NCBI GenBank assembly: GCA_964016885.1 | Contig: OZ024760.1 | Coordinates: forward strand, 8,370,001 to 8,434,000 | Length of the DNA: 64,000 nt | DNA from: Eledone cirrhosa | Taxonomy: Eukaryota | Reading direction: 5' to 3' | In this document: one piece after another, positions 39,815 through 52,352 of the stretch | Position numbering within the stretch: position 1 is the first letter of the stretch | Layout of the letters: the number at the start of each line of letters is the position of its first letter | Translations under genes and position numbers: made by a program | The notes under the pieces: generated by a model | What the model saw: only the letters and a program-made list of their open reading frames with translations | Database searches by the model: none | What the model was told of the DNA's origin: nothing

Positions 39815-39887
39815 CGACCATGATGGGACTTGAACCCACAATGTTCGGCTCCGGAGGCCGACGCCTTATCCATTAGGCCGTACAACA
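39815..39887 (-). pseudogene. tRNA-Arg(CCG) pseudogene or tRNA-derived head
   Basis: Minus strand: GGCCTAATGGATAAGGCG TCGGC-CT CCG GA-GCCGA ACATT GTGGG-TTCAAGT-CCCAT CATGGTCG. D, anticodon and T arms are intact, but the 5' acceptor strand TGTTGTA does not pair with CATGGTC. Confidence 0.8.
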
Positions 39888-40271
39888 TTAACTCGATTTT
39901 AGAAGTCCTGTGTGTGTATGTGTGAGTGTGTATGTTTGTGTGTGTGTGTATGTGTATGTTTGTGTGTGTGTGTGAGTGTGTATGTTAGTGTGTGTGTGTA
40001 TGTGTATGTAAGTGTTTGCGTGTTCGCTGACATTCATATAAATGTTTCTTTTTCCAATTTTCGCAGTTAAAGTACAAACCACCTAGTGTAAGAACCGTGT
40101 GTGTATATTTATATATACACTCACATACATGCATTAAAATGTGTGTGTTAATGTGCCTGGCTGCCGTAAACGTGGGGGGTAGAGGGTGTGTGTGTGAGTG
40201 TGCCTGGTTGTCGTAAACGTGTGAGAGAGAGAGCGTGTGTGTGTGTGAACTAGCTTCTGTAAACAACATGA

Positions 40272-40312
<41 letters not shown>

Positions 40313-40645
40313 TGTGAACTAGCTGCTGTAAACAACATGAGGGAGAGTGTGTGTGTGTGTGTGTGTGATACTAACTGTTGTAAACAACGTGAGGGAGAGA
40401 ATTTGTGTGTGTGTGTATGTGTGTGTACTAGCTGCTGTAAACAATAATATAAGTGCTGCTTTAAGGTTTTATATCACAGCAGTTAATCTGTTAGCCTTTG
40501 CACGTGGCTTCATATAAATATACATACACATATATACACCAAGTAAACCACACATTATACAACATATACGCGCGCACACGTACACACACATATATACACA
40601 TATATATATAATATAAGATCAAAAGATGGTTAAAAGAGTTCCATG

Positions 40646-40716
40646 TATTTTATTATGCGCATTTCAAAAAGAAATATCACCATGGGATGTTATTTGCGTT
40701 CTCATCAGATAAAATA
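40646..40716 (-). ncRNA. Type-I hammerhead ribozyme with intact core
   Basis: Minus strand: TATTTTAT CTGATGA [long imperfect stem II, loop CCAT] GAAA TGCGCA TA^ ATAAAATA; perfect 8-bp stem I, palindromic stem III. Confidence 0.8.
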
Positions 40717-40764
40717 GGGAGACATGATATGAAGCTTTAAAAAACACTTGCGAGCAGTGAAGTG

Positions 40765-41720
40765 TTAAATCTACATAGATCCATGGAGGAATTCTCTCCA
40801 GCGGTCTCTGTCCTTCATCGTCGCTGTGCCATATCTCCCGGAGACCAGTGTCTGTCCTTAGGGTATCAACATATGTCAACCTAGGTCTCCTCCCGCTTCC
40901 CGTGTGTCAGTGTAGGGGCTCCCACGGGAGCTCTGAGTGCGGTGTCAACTCTGAATGTCGAGGAGCATATACAGCTCACTTCAGTCTCCTCCGTGTCACT
41001 TTCAAGCTGACTTTGATGAGGCTCCCGTACAGCTCTCAGTTCTTCATCCTCAACAACTTCGTGAAGCTCCCCTCCCCCATCGGAGTGAGTCTCTTGGTCA
41101 GTGCCCAAGTCCCAGACCCATACAGATTTTCAGGTCTTTATAAAGTACGACTTCCACACGGACACACCGCCCAGGTTTTGCTCTTCTTCTCCACCACATC
41201 AGCCTCTGTGTTCCTATCTTTTTCTCCCAGATACAGGAAGTCCTCAACCAACTCTTGTGGCTTCCCTCTCACATTCATGTTCACCACCAGATACTTAGTC
41301 TTACTCTCATTCATTCTCAGCCCCATTCTCATCGACACAGTCTCCACCTCTCGCATCAACTTCTCTGCCTCCTTCACTGTGTTTGTCACCAGAGCTATGG
41401 TGTCAGCAAATTCAGTATGTGATATCTTTTTAGCCTTAACGCTCCTGCTCTGAGCCAGTGTTACAGTGAAGCCCAAGTCCTGGTGTTTCTCCGGTGCAAG
41501 GCGCATACAATAGTCCCTGGAGCACTCTAGCCAGTATCTCAAAGAACTCCATCATCCTGTCTGATGTGATTACTTGGGCTCTGGCGTTGGTGTAAATCAT
41601 TGATATGAAGTCCATTATCTTCTTGGGGATTCCATAAGCCAGTTGGATTTTCATTAGGCAGTATCAGTCCACAAAATCAAAGGCCTTCCTGAAGTCAATG
41701 AAAACCATGACAACAGGAAG
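40765..41720 (-). mobile_element. Decayed RTE-like LINE, RT domain to 3' end
   Basis: FIDFRKAFD, YGIPKKI, VLQG, EFADTIALV, GLRMNESKTKY, FLYLG, RPRLTYVDTL. Confidence 0.85.
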
Positions 41721-42635
41721 ACTCTTTTGAGTAAAGAGAGCAGTGAAGATCTCTGCTGGTACTTCGATGACAGCACCAACTGAAACGGGAGACTGTTGAA
41801 GGACACCCTGCTGGAGGCAAACCTGGTGGCAACCAACCTAAGGTTTAGAAAGAGAAGCCGGGGAAGATGTGGACCTACATCTCTGATATGCACTTGATCA
41901 AGTTCCAGATTGGCAGAATAGTGTTCTGAACACAGAACCATACAATTATTTCAGCACACTGGGCAGTGACCGCCAGTGAGGTACGGGAGAGTTTAAGAAA
42001 GAGTAAAGCTAAGCCCCGGAGAGCTATCTATGACTAGGAAGCTTTCAAGGAAGATGTTAACCCCTTAATGTTCAAACCAGCCAAAACCGGCCAGAATTCT
42101 CTACCTCTTTCTCTTGAGACTGGCTGTAACTGGTCGCTCAAACTGATGTTAAGGTATTGTTCTCAAAATAAATATTTTCAAAATCTCATAGATTCGATAT
42201 TATGTGAGATAATTATGCGAGATAAAGCCTTTACCATGAAAATATAATTGTTTCTACTTTAGGCACACATCCAGTGCATTACTGGTACTTTATTTTATCG
42301 ACCCCGTAAGGATGAAAGGCAAAGTCAACCTCGGCGGGATTTGAACTCAGATCGTAAAGGCACGTAACTATGCTGGAAAGCATGGCGTCCGACCCTCTAC
42401 CGATACTGCCAATCCAAAATATAATAGTACATATAGAGTAATGTGAATGTTAAAGGGTTTTAAGTTACAGGAGAGGTACACAGAAGAAGTGAGGAACAGG
42501 TTCCGTGTTCTATGTGGAGAAGCAGAGGAGAGAGAGAATGTGGGGATTGGGGAGAGTGTGATGAGGAGGTACGAGTATTTCACCACTGCAGTGGCAGAAA
42601 GAAGTGAGACCCTGGTGTTGAGGAGAGACAACAAC
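41721..42635 (+). mobile_element. Oppositely oriented LINE segment (endonuclease end and linker), interrupted by a MITE plus SINE
   Basis: NLVATNLRFRK..LD..GSD..EAFKEDV|KLQERYTEEVRNRFRVL reads across the TTAA insertion. Confidence 0.65.
42057..42463 (+). mobile_element. piggyBac-type MITE containing SINE B (42249-42416, minus strand)
   Basis: TTAA ends; the SINE is flanked by an aaaatataat TSD. Confidence 0.8.
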
Positions 42636-42771
42636 TCTGTAGATCCCCAAAAGTGTGTGCAGTCAGAGAACACCCCGAGAGTTGCCAAGGACCAGTTCCA
42701 TGCTGATCCTACAAAGGTGCTATGTGTGTGTGAGGGCACAGAATTTACCAGCAAAAAGGGGCAGTCATATG

Positions 42772-43450
42772 TTGTAGTAGTAGTAGTAGTAGTGGTGCTG
42801 GTGCTGGTAGTAATAGTGGTAGTAGCAGTAGTAACAGCAATAGTAGTGGTGGTGGTAGCAGTAGTAATAGTGGTGGTGGTGGCAGTAGTGGTTGTGGTAG
42901 TAGTGGTGGTGGTGGTAGTAGTAGTAGTAGTGGTGATGGTAGTAGTAGCAGTAGTAGTGGTGGTGGTAGTAGTAGCAGTAGTAGTGGTGGTGGTAGTAGT
43001 GGTGGTGGTAGTAATAGTAGTGGTAGTAGCAGTAGTAGCAATAGTAGTGGTGGTAGTAATAGTACAATAGTAGTGGTAGTAGTAGTGGTGGTGGTAGTAG
43101 TAATAGTAGTAGTGGTGGTAGTAGTAATAGTAATGGTAGTAGCAGTAGTAGTGGTGGTAGTAATAGTACAATAGTAGTGGTGGTAGTAGTGGTGGTAGTA
43201 GTAATAGTAGTAGTGGTGGTAGTAGCAGTAGTAGTAGTGGTGGTGGTAATAGTACAATAGTAGTGGTGGTAGTAGTAGCAGTAGTAGTGGTGGTAGTAGT
43301 AATAGTAGTGGTAGTAGCAGTAGTAGCAATAGTAGTAGTGGTAGTAGCAGTAGTAGTGGTGGTAGTAATAGTACAATAGTAGTAGTGGTAGTAGCAGTAG
43401 TAGTGGTGGTAGTAACAGTACAGTAGTAGTGGTGGTAGTAGTGGTAGTGG
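42772..43450. repeat. (GTA/GTG)n trinucleotide mosaic
   Basis: Seen directly. Confidence 0.95.
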
Positions 43451-43689
43451 TTGGAACCAGTCCAAGTGGTTCAGTTGGCCAGTAACTAACCTTAAAATAA
43501 AAGCAAAACAAAATACTAACAACAATGGTTTCTGATTCAGGCACAAGGCCAACAATTTGAGAGGAGGGAGGGGTAGTTGATCGAATCGACCCCAGTGTGT
43601 TACTGGTACTTCATCAACTCGGTAAAGAGGAAAGGCAAAGCTAACCCCAATAGGACAATGATAAACCTCACACCACATCTTCAATGTGT

Positions 43690-44730
43690 GTAGTATGGCA
43701 CAGTGTGGCACAGTGTTGTGTTGTGTGGAGTGGCATGGTGTAGTGTGGTGTGGTGTAGTGTGGTGTAGTGTGGTGTGGTCTGGTGTGGTGTAGTGTAGTC
43801 TGGTGTAGTGTAGTCTGGTGTGGTGTAGTGTAGTGTAGTCTGGTGTGGTGTAGTGTAGTGTAGTCTAGTGTGGTGTAGTGTGGTGTGGTGTAGTGTAGTC
43901 TGGTTTGGTGTAGTGTAGTGTAGTCTGGTGAGGTGTAGTGTAGTCTGGTGAGGTGTACTGTAGTCTGGTGTGGTGTAGTCTGGTGAGGTGTAGTGTAGTC
44001 TGGTGTGGTGTAGTGTAGTCTGATGTGGTGTAGTGTAGTGTAGTGTAGTGTAGTGTAGTGTAGTCTGGTGTGGTGTAGTGTAGTGTGGTGTGGTATGGCG
44101 TGGTGTGGTGCAGTGTAGTCTGGTGTGGTATGGCATGGTGTGGTGCAGTGTAGTGTGGTGTGGTGTAGTGGAGTCTGGTGTGGTGTGGTGTAGTGTAGTT
44201 TGGTGTGGTATGGTGTGGTGTGGTGTAGTGTAGTCTGGTGTGGTATGGCATGGTGTGGTGCAGTGTAGTGTGGTGTGGTGTAGTGGAGTGTGGTGTGGTG
44301 TAGTGTAGTTTGGTGTGGTATGGTGTGGTGTGGTGTAGTGTAGTCTGGTGTAGTGTAGTATAGTGTGGTGTACTGTGGTGTGGTGTGGTGTGGTGTAGTG
44401 TAGTGTGTGGAGTGGCATGGTGTAGCGTAGTGTAGTCTGGTGAGGTGTACTGCAGTGAAGTGGCATGGTGAAGTGTAGTCTAGTGTGGTCGGGTCTTGTG
44501 TGGTGTAGTGTAATGATGTGGTGTGGTGTAGTGTAGTGTACTGTGGTGTAGTGTAGTGTACTGTGGTGTGGTGTAGTGTAGTGTAGTGTACTGTGGTGTG
44601 GTGTGGTGTAGTGTAGTGTACTGTTGTGTGGTGTAGTGAAGTGTAGTGTGGTGTAGTGAAGTGTTGTGTGGTGTGGTGTGGTGAAGTGTTGTGTGGCGAA
44701 GCATGGCATAGTGTTGTGTAGTGCAGTGGT
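43690..44730. repeat. Pentanucleotide mosaic (GTGTA/GTGTG/GTCTG)n
   Basis: Seen directly. Confidence 0.95.
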
Positions 44731-45197
44731 ATGCTAAATTGAGTAGAACATACTAATTATGAAAATATCTAAGTTACCTATTAGGTGGTTGATCAAAGGT
44801 GCTAGAAACAGCAGTGAAATCTCCCTCAATCAACAGTAGCTTGTCACAAACCTCCTCCTCCTCCTCCACCTCCACCACCCATTCTGCTCCCTTGGTCATC
44901 AATGGGACTTCAATGAGTTCAATGGACAGCCAATGGGCTGTCCATTGAACTCAGTCAGAATTCAATGTGAGAACCAATCTTATTGTCAATATGTTCCATA
45001 TTTCAGATTTTATAATTCATGTTGCTATGACAACTGCTGACAAGAAACCTGCCTCAACTGGACTGGACCAAGCACCACTCAAGAACACAACACACATCCC
45101 AATCAAAGAATCGAACCCATGACCTTATAAGCATGTATCTAACACCCTTACCACCAGGCCATGGACTTCCAACTATATATATATGTATAAAGCACAT

Positions 45198-45548
45198 GGA
45201 GGCACATGGCTTAGTGGTTAGAGCATTGGCCTTGCAATCAAAAGAGTGTGAGTTCAATTCTCAGACCGGGTGATGTGTTGTTTCCTTGAGCAAGACACTT
45301 TATTTCACATTGCTCCAGTTTACTCAGCTGTAGAAATGAGATGATAGGGACTGGGGTCCCTATCATTCCACTGTAAAGTGGACGTGTAGGTGCCACGGAA
45401 AAAAACCACCCAGCACTCACTGTAAATGAGGTTGGTGTTAGGAAGGGCATCCAGCTGTAGAAATCAAGCCAGAATCAGTTCCCGTCCCACCCTTGCAAGC
45501 AGGGAAAAGCAGACGTAAAATGAAATGATGATGATGATGATGATGATG
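45198..45548 (+). mobile_element. SINE family A, full-length reference copy
   Basis: ggaggcacatggcttagtggttagagc (A box) ... gagttcaattc (B box) ... (tga)n. Confidence 0.9.
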
Positions 45549-46178
45549 AAGAGTAAAAAAAAAAAAACCTTCAGTCATTAATGACCATGGGTTTTGCCCC
45601 TAGAAAGCTCCCTTCTGAGACACAAAATTGGACAAGGTGGTTCTGTGGAAGTCCAGTGGTTGCCCATGCAAACCAGTCTCCTCTCTTCATGTCACCGATA
45701 ATGTTCAATATAGCTCGGCACCAGGAACATCGCAACACATTTCTATGAGTAATTGAACTGGAGCAACAGGAAATTGCATTGCTCAAGGACATGGCACACT
45801 GCCTGGTCAAAGAATTGAACTCACAACCTCAGGATTGTGAATTCAATGCTCTAACCACTAAGCCGCATGCCTTCACATGTAAAAATATATCAAATATCTA
45901 CTTTTCCATATTTGCATGGGTTGAACAGGTCATTTGCAGTACAGCCTCTCTCCATTCACAGCGTTCCTTTTGTCATCTCCTGTGTAGTTCAGTGTAGATC
46001 AGCCCTAACCCCCTCTACCCAGCTTGTTATTGATCTTCCTTTGCCGGGGCTCTCTTTCACAGGCATCTCCTGATTGTCATACAACATTACACTTCACGTG
46101 CAGACATACAATCTACATTTTGTTATCAACAGAGGTAATAGGTCCCTAAACATTTTCCAACCTGTTTTTATTCTAGCT

Positions 46179-46544
46179 CAGTGATTCCTAATGTGGGGCA
46201 CACACCTCACAGAGACACAATTTGAATATTTAAGAGGGGCCATTTGAAAATGATGTTAATGAGAAAAACCTCAGGTTTTACTTTATTACTTTTACACCAA
46301 GGCAACTTTGGTGCACATTACTGTCAGAAACTCCTGTCCCACCTCCTCTTCCACATGTTATTGTGTATCTGGCACCACCTATATCAAGGTAACTTTGGTG
46401 CACATTACTGTCAGAAACTCCTGTCTCACCTCCTCCATATGCTATTGTGCATTTGGCACCACTTATACACTTTGCAGTTGATCATTGCTGTTTTCATGTC
46501 AAAGGGGGACATAACAATGGTGCACAAAAGGTTGGAAACCACTG
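46179..46544 (+). mobile_element. hAT-type MITE, second family, with an internal ~90-bp duplication
   Basis: Imperfect TIR cagtgattcctaa / ttggaaaccactg; 8-bp TSD ttctagct. Confidence 0.85.
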
Positions 46545-47019
46545 TTCTAGCTACCATGCTTTCATGACAACCCCTTCTTGAGATTGGAAAGGGTTTATTT
46601 CACTGCTGCTCTAACTACCAACCATTCCTGTGTATCTGCCACATACAAAGACTATATTCTGTGAGCCAACCCTACTACACTTCTTGTGTACTCATACCTT
46701 AGACTTCCTACCCACCCCTTTTCTACATATTGAACCAAACCACTTCCTTGATAAAATTCACTTTGGTTAGGTTTACTCTGAGCCTTTTGACTCAATTGTT
46801 TCAACTGTCTAAAAAAAATGTTGAGTTCTTTTACTGATTTCGTTTTAAGACACATAGAATTTCCCACAGACAGCCAGTCTTAAACTCCTCTGGAAAACTA
46901 TAATAAACAGGTGTGGGCTGAGAACTGAGCCCTGATGAATACATACCTCCACATTGAATTCCTCACTAAAAAGAGGACATTTTTAGTGCTCCTCCCTGGC
47001 ACAAAACCAAATTACATCT

Positions 47020-47844
47020 GCTTTCATTTATCTCTTTCTCTAAATAGTTCTAACATTCTTTCCACCACTTCATCCATCAGTTTTATGCCCCTGTAGTTGC
47101 TCCTTTCTCGAGCATCAAGTTTTTCCTCGCAACAATTAACAATTATACTGCTACAGCAGTCATTGGGTATGACACCATCATGTATAACCTGATTGATTAT
47201 GCTATTATCTAACTCGACTTTTACTTCCCCAGATGATTTCAGCATCTCAACTATTTCTGATGGTCCAGACCTTCTGTTGAGTTGACTGGAGGTAGTATTG
47301 ATGGTAGTCCCTTTTCTTCTTACTCATTCTCCACATTCATCAACCTCTCATAGTAGTATTTCCAGGCTTCTTTCTTTTAAGCATCAATAAGGTTAAGTTA
47401 GCCGGTATGGTTTCAAACACACTTCTCTTCAATGACATCTCAATTCACACTGATTCATTGCTTCACAATGTGGAAAACTTCACAACATAGATCCATACAT
47501 TGTAGCACATTAGCAAACCTCTACCTTTTTGCTCTTCTCTCTACTAAGTAAACCTGTCACCTTACTTCTCTTTTAACTACTTGATATTGCTCTTGCTGTC
47601 TCCATTTTTCCAATCTTTCCATGCTTGTCAAAGTATTAATAGTGTTTTACAGTAGTATTCCACACCAAGTCACCTTTTGTCTGGCTGGTACCTCACTCCA
47701 GCCACAGATCTCATCAGTAACCTACAACAGGTTGTCCCATAGAAACTTCCAGTTGTCCTCTATGACATGTGCCTCTATTCTCCACTCTCCTCATCATACA
47801 TGTGGATTAGAACTTTTCCAAATTTATATTTACAGAAAGGCCCT
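47020..47844 (-). mobile_element. Decayed RTE LINE internal fragment
   Basis: GPSEIVEML..IPND..SIIV..ERSNYRGIKLM. Confidence 0.75.
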
Positions 47845-48725
47845 TTAACCCTTTAACCATTTACATTACTCTATATATACTATTGTATTTTCACAGTAAA
47901 CACTTTACCTCACATAATATTCACATTACTCTATATATACTATTGTATTTTCACAGTAAACACTTTACCTCACATAATATTCACATTACTCTATATATAC
48001 TATTGTATTTTCACAGTAAACACTTTACCTCACATAATATTCACATTACTCTATATATACTATTGTATTTTCACAGTAAACACTTTACCTCACATAATAT
48101 TCACATTACTCTATATATACTATTGTATTTTCACAGTAAACGCTTTACCTCACATAATATTCAATTTACGGGATTTTAATAAAGTACCAGTAATGTACTG
48201 GGTTATTGCTGGCCTTGTACCAAAAGTAGAAACAATTATTTATTTTGAAAACAATACCTTAACATAAGTATGGGCAGCTGGTTATGGCCAGTTTGAATAG
48301 AAAGAGGTGAGAGAATTCTGGCTGGATATCATCATCATTTCATCATTTCATTTTACGTCCGCTTTTCCCTGCTTGCAAGAGTGGGACGGGAACTGAATCT
48401 GGCTTGATGCCCTTCCTAACACCAACCTCATTTATAGTGAGTGTTGGGTGCTTTTTTGCCGTGGCACCTCCACGACCAGTTTACAGTGGAATGATAGGGA
48501 CTGAGGTGTTGTTTCCTTGAGCAAGACACTTTATTTCACATTGCTCCAGTTTACTCAGTCCCTATCATCCCATTTCTACAGCTGAGTAAACTGGAGCAAT
48601 GTGAAATAAAGTGTCTTGCTCAAGGAAACAACACATCACCCGGTCTGAGAATTGAACTCACAACCTTTCGATTGCAAGGCCAATGCTCTAACCACTAAGC
48701 CATGTGGGCCAATTTAAATGCTAAT
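47845..48725 (-). mobile_element. piggyBac-type MITE with five 60-bp repeats, a SINE B fragment and a SINE A insertion
   Basis: TTAA-ccctttaaccatttac start; near-perfect 60-bp units at ~47863-48162; SINE A at 48328-48706. Confidence 0.8.
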
Positions 48726-49147
48726 GGCCCTTTAACTTCCATATCCCCCCAACCCTTTCTCCAGATTGTGATGCGTTTCTGGGAAAAGACTTAGTATTCA
48801 TAACTATCTGACTATACCCTTTTTCTCGTGAGGATAAAATCAATTTGGCTTGCATACTCACATGATTAGCAAGTGATCAATGGTTTAACCCTTTAGAATT
48901 TAAATCAGCTGTATCCGGCCACTCATACTGATGTTAAGGTATTGTTCTCAAAATAAATAATATCAAAATCTTATAGATTTAATATTATGTGAGATACTTA
49001 TGTCAGGTAAAGCAGTTACCACAAAAATATAATAGTATAAACAGAGTCTGAATTCCGACAAGACTCGACCCCTCTTCATCACTTGAGTCACATCCATAGC
49101 CACCATACTTTGTCATCTCCTATTGAAATTATCTGTAAAATATCTTT

Positions 49148-52100
49148 GGTGCTGGTGGCTGTGGTGGTGGTGGTGGTAGTGGTGGCTGTGGTGGTGGTGA
49201 TGGTGGTGGTGGTGGCTGTGGTGGTGGTGGTGGTGGTGGTGGTAGTGGTGGCTGTGGTGGTGGTGGTGATGGTGGTGGTGGTGGTGGCTGTGGTGGTGGT
49301 GGTGGTGGTAGTGGTGGTGGTGGTGGTGGTAGTGGTGGCTGTGGTGGTGGTGGTGATGGTAGTGGTGGTGGTGGTGGTAGTGGTGGCTGTGGTGGTGGTG
49401 ATGGTAGTGGTGGTGGTGGTGGTAGTGGTGGCTGTGGTGGTGGTGATGGTGGTGGTGGTGGTGGTGGCTGTGGTGGTGGTGGTGGTGGTAGTGGTGGTGG
49501 TGGTGGTGGTAGTGGTGGCTGTGGTGGTGGTGGTGATGGTAGTGGTGGCTGTGGTGGTGGTGGTGATGGTAGTGGTGGCTGTGATGGTGGTGATGGTAGT
49601 GGTGACTGTGGTGATGGTAGTGGTGGTGGTGGTGGTAGTGGTGGCTGTGGTGGTGGTGGTGGTAGTGGTGGTGGTGGTGATGGTAGTGGTGGCTGTGATG
49701 GTGGTGATGGTAGTGGTGACTGTGGTGGTGGTGATGGTAGTGGTGACTGTGGTGATGGTAGTGGTGGCTGTGGTGGTGGTGATGGTAGTGGTGGCTGTGA
49801 TGGTGGTGGTGGTAGTGGTGGCTGTGGTGGTGGTGATGGTAGTGGTGGCTGTGGTGGTGGTGATGGTAGTGGTGACTGTGGTGATGGTAGTGGTGGCTGT
49901 GGTGGTGGTGATGGTAGTGGTGGCTGTGATGGTGGTGGTGGTAGTGGTGGCTGTGGTGGTGGTGATGGTAGTGGTGGTGGTGATGGTAGTGGTGGCTGTG
50001 GTGGTGGTGATGGTAGTGGTGGCTGTGGTGGTGGTGGTGATGGTAGTGGTGGCTGTGGTGGTGGTGATGGTAGTGGTGGTGGTGGTGGTAGTGGTGGCTG
50101 TGGTGGTGGTGATGGTAGTGGTGGCTGTGGTGGTGGTGATGGTAGTGGTGGTGGTGGTGGTAGTGGTGGCTGTGGTGGTGGTGATGGTAGTGGTGGTGGT
50201 GATGGTAGTGGTGGCTGTGGTGGTGGTGATGGTAGTGGTGGCTGTGGTGGTGGTGATGGTAGTGGTGGCTGTGGTGGTGGTGGTGATGGTAGTGGTGGCT
50301 GTGGTGGTGGTGGTGGTGGTAGTGGTGGCTGTGGTGGTGATGGTAGTGGTGGTGGTGATGGTAGTGGTGGTTGTGGTGGTGGTGATGGTAGTGGTGGTGG
50401 TGGTGGTGATGGTAGTGGTGGTGGTGGTGGTAGTGGTGGCTGTGGTGGTGGTGATGGTAGTGGTGGTGGTGGTGGTAGTGGTGGCTGTGGTGGTGGTGAT
50501 GGTAGTGGTGGTGGTGATGGTAGTGGTGGCTGTGGTGGTGGTGGTGGTGGTGGTGGCTGTGGTGGTGGTGGTGGTGGTAGTGGTGGCTGTGGTGGTGGTG
50601 ATGGTAGTGGTGGTGGTGATGGTAGTGGTGGCTGTGGTGGTGGTGATGGTAGTGGTGGCTGTGGTGGTGGTGGTGGTGGTAGTGGTGGCTGTGGTGGTGG
50701 TGATGGTAGTGGTGGTGGTGATGGTAGTGGTGGCTGTGGTGGTGGTGATGGTAGTGGTGGCTGTGGTGGTGGTGATGGTAGTGGTGGTTGTGGTGGTAGT
50801 GGTGGCTGTGGTGGTGGTGATGGTAGTGGTGGTGGTGATGGTAGTGGTGGCTGTGGTGGTGGTGGTGATGGTAGTGGTGGCTGTGGTGGTGGTGGTGGTG
50901 GTAGTGGTGGCTGTGGTGGTGGTGATGGTAGTGGTGGTGGTGATGGTAGTGGTGGCTGTGGTGGTGGTGATGGTAGTGGTGGCTGTGGTGGTGGTGATGG
51001 TAGTGGTGGCTGTGGTGGTGGTGGTGATGGTAGTGGTGGCTGTGGTGGTGGTGATGGTAGTGGTGGCTGTGGTGGTGGTGGTGATGGTAATGGTGGCTGT
51101 GGTGGTGGTGGTGATGGTAGTGGTGGCTGTGATGGTGGTGGTGATGGTAGTGGTGGTGGTGATGGTAGTGGTGGCTGTGGTGGTGGTGATGGTAGTGGTG
51201 GCTGTGGTGGTGGTGATGGTAGTGGTGGTGGTGATGGTAGTGGTGGCTGTGGTGGTGGTGATGGTAGTGGCGGCTGTGGTGGTGGTGATGGTAGTGGTGG
51301 CTGTGGTGGTGGTGGTGATGGTAATGGTAATGGTGGCTGTGGTGGTGGTGGTGATGGTAGTGGTGGCTGTGGTGGTGGTGATGGTAGTGGTGGTGGTGAT
51401 GGTAGTGGTGGCTGTGGTGGTGGTGGTGATGGTAGTGGTGGCTGTGGTGGTGGTGATGGTAGTGGTGGCTGTGGTGGTGGTGGTGATGGTAATGGTGGCT
51501 GTGGTGGTGGTGGTGATGGTAGTGGTGGCTGTGGTGGTGGTGATGGTAGTGGTGGTGGTGATGGTAGTGGTGGCTGTGGTGGTGGTGGTGATGGTAGTGG
51601 TGGCTGTGGTGGTGGTGATGGTAGTGGTGGTGTGGTGATGGTAATGGTGGCTGTGGTGGTGGTGGTGATGGTAGTGGTGGCTGTGATGGTGGTGGTGATG
51701 GTAGTGGTGGCTGTGATGGTAGTGGTGGCTGTGGTGGTGGTGATGGTAGTGGTGGCTGTGATGGTGGTGATGGTAGTGGTGGCTGTGATGGTGGTGGTGA
51801 TGGTAGTGGTGGCTGTGGTGGTGGTGATGGTAGTGGTGGCTGTGGTGGTGGCTGTGGTGGTGGTACTGATGGTAGTGGTGGCTGTGATGGTGGTGGTGAT
51901 GGTAGTGGTGGCTGTGATGGCGGTGATGGTAGTGGTGGCTGTGGTGGTGGTGATGGTAGTGGTGGCTGTGATGGCGGTGATGGTAGTGGTGGCTGTGGTG
52001 GTGGTGATGGTAGTGGTGGCTGTGGTGGTGGTGATGGTAGTGGTGGCTGTGGTGGTGGTGGTGATGGTAGTGGTGGCTGTGATGGCGGTGATGGTAGTGG

Positions 52101-52352
52101 TGGCTGTGGTGGTGGTGATGGTAGTGGTGGCTGTGATGGTGGTGTTAGTGGTAGTGGTGGCTGTGGTGGTGGTGATGGTAGTGGTGGCTGTGGTGGTGGT
52201 GATGGTAGTGGTGGCTGTGGTGGTGGTGGTGATGGTAGTGGTGGCTGTGATGGTGGTGATGGTAGTGGTGGCTGTGGTGGCTGTGATGGTGGTGATGGTA
52301 GTGGTGGCTGTGGTGGCTGTGATGGTGGTGGTGGTGGTGGTGTTAGTGGTAG
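49148..52352. repeat. 3.2-kb (GGT)n-based mosaic array
   Basis: Recurring gtgatggtagtggtggctgtggtggtg; source of the 851-aa and 1099-aa homopolymeric ORFs. Confidence 0.97.

Noticed and set aside
45198-45270. SINE heads as tRNA genes
   Set aside because: A and B boxes are present but the cloverleaf is incomplete and runs into SINE bodies.
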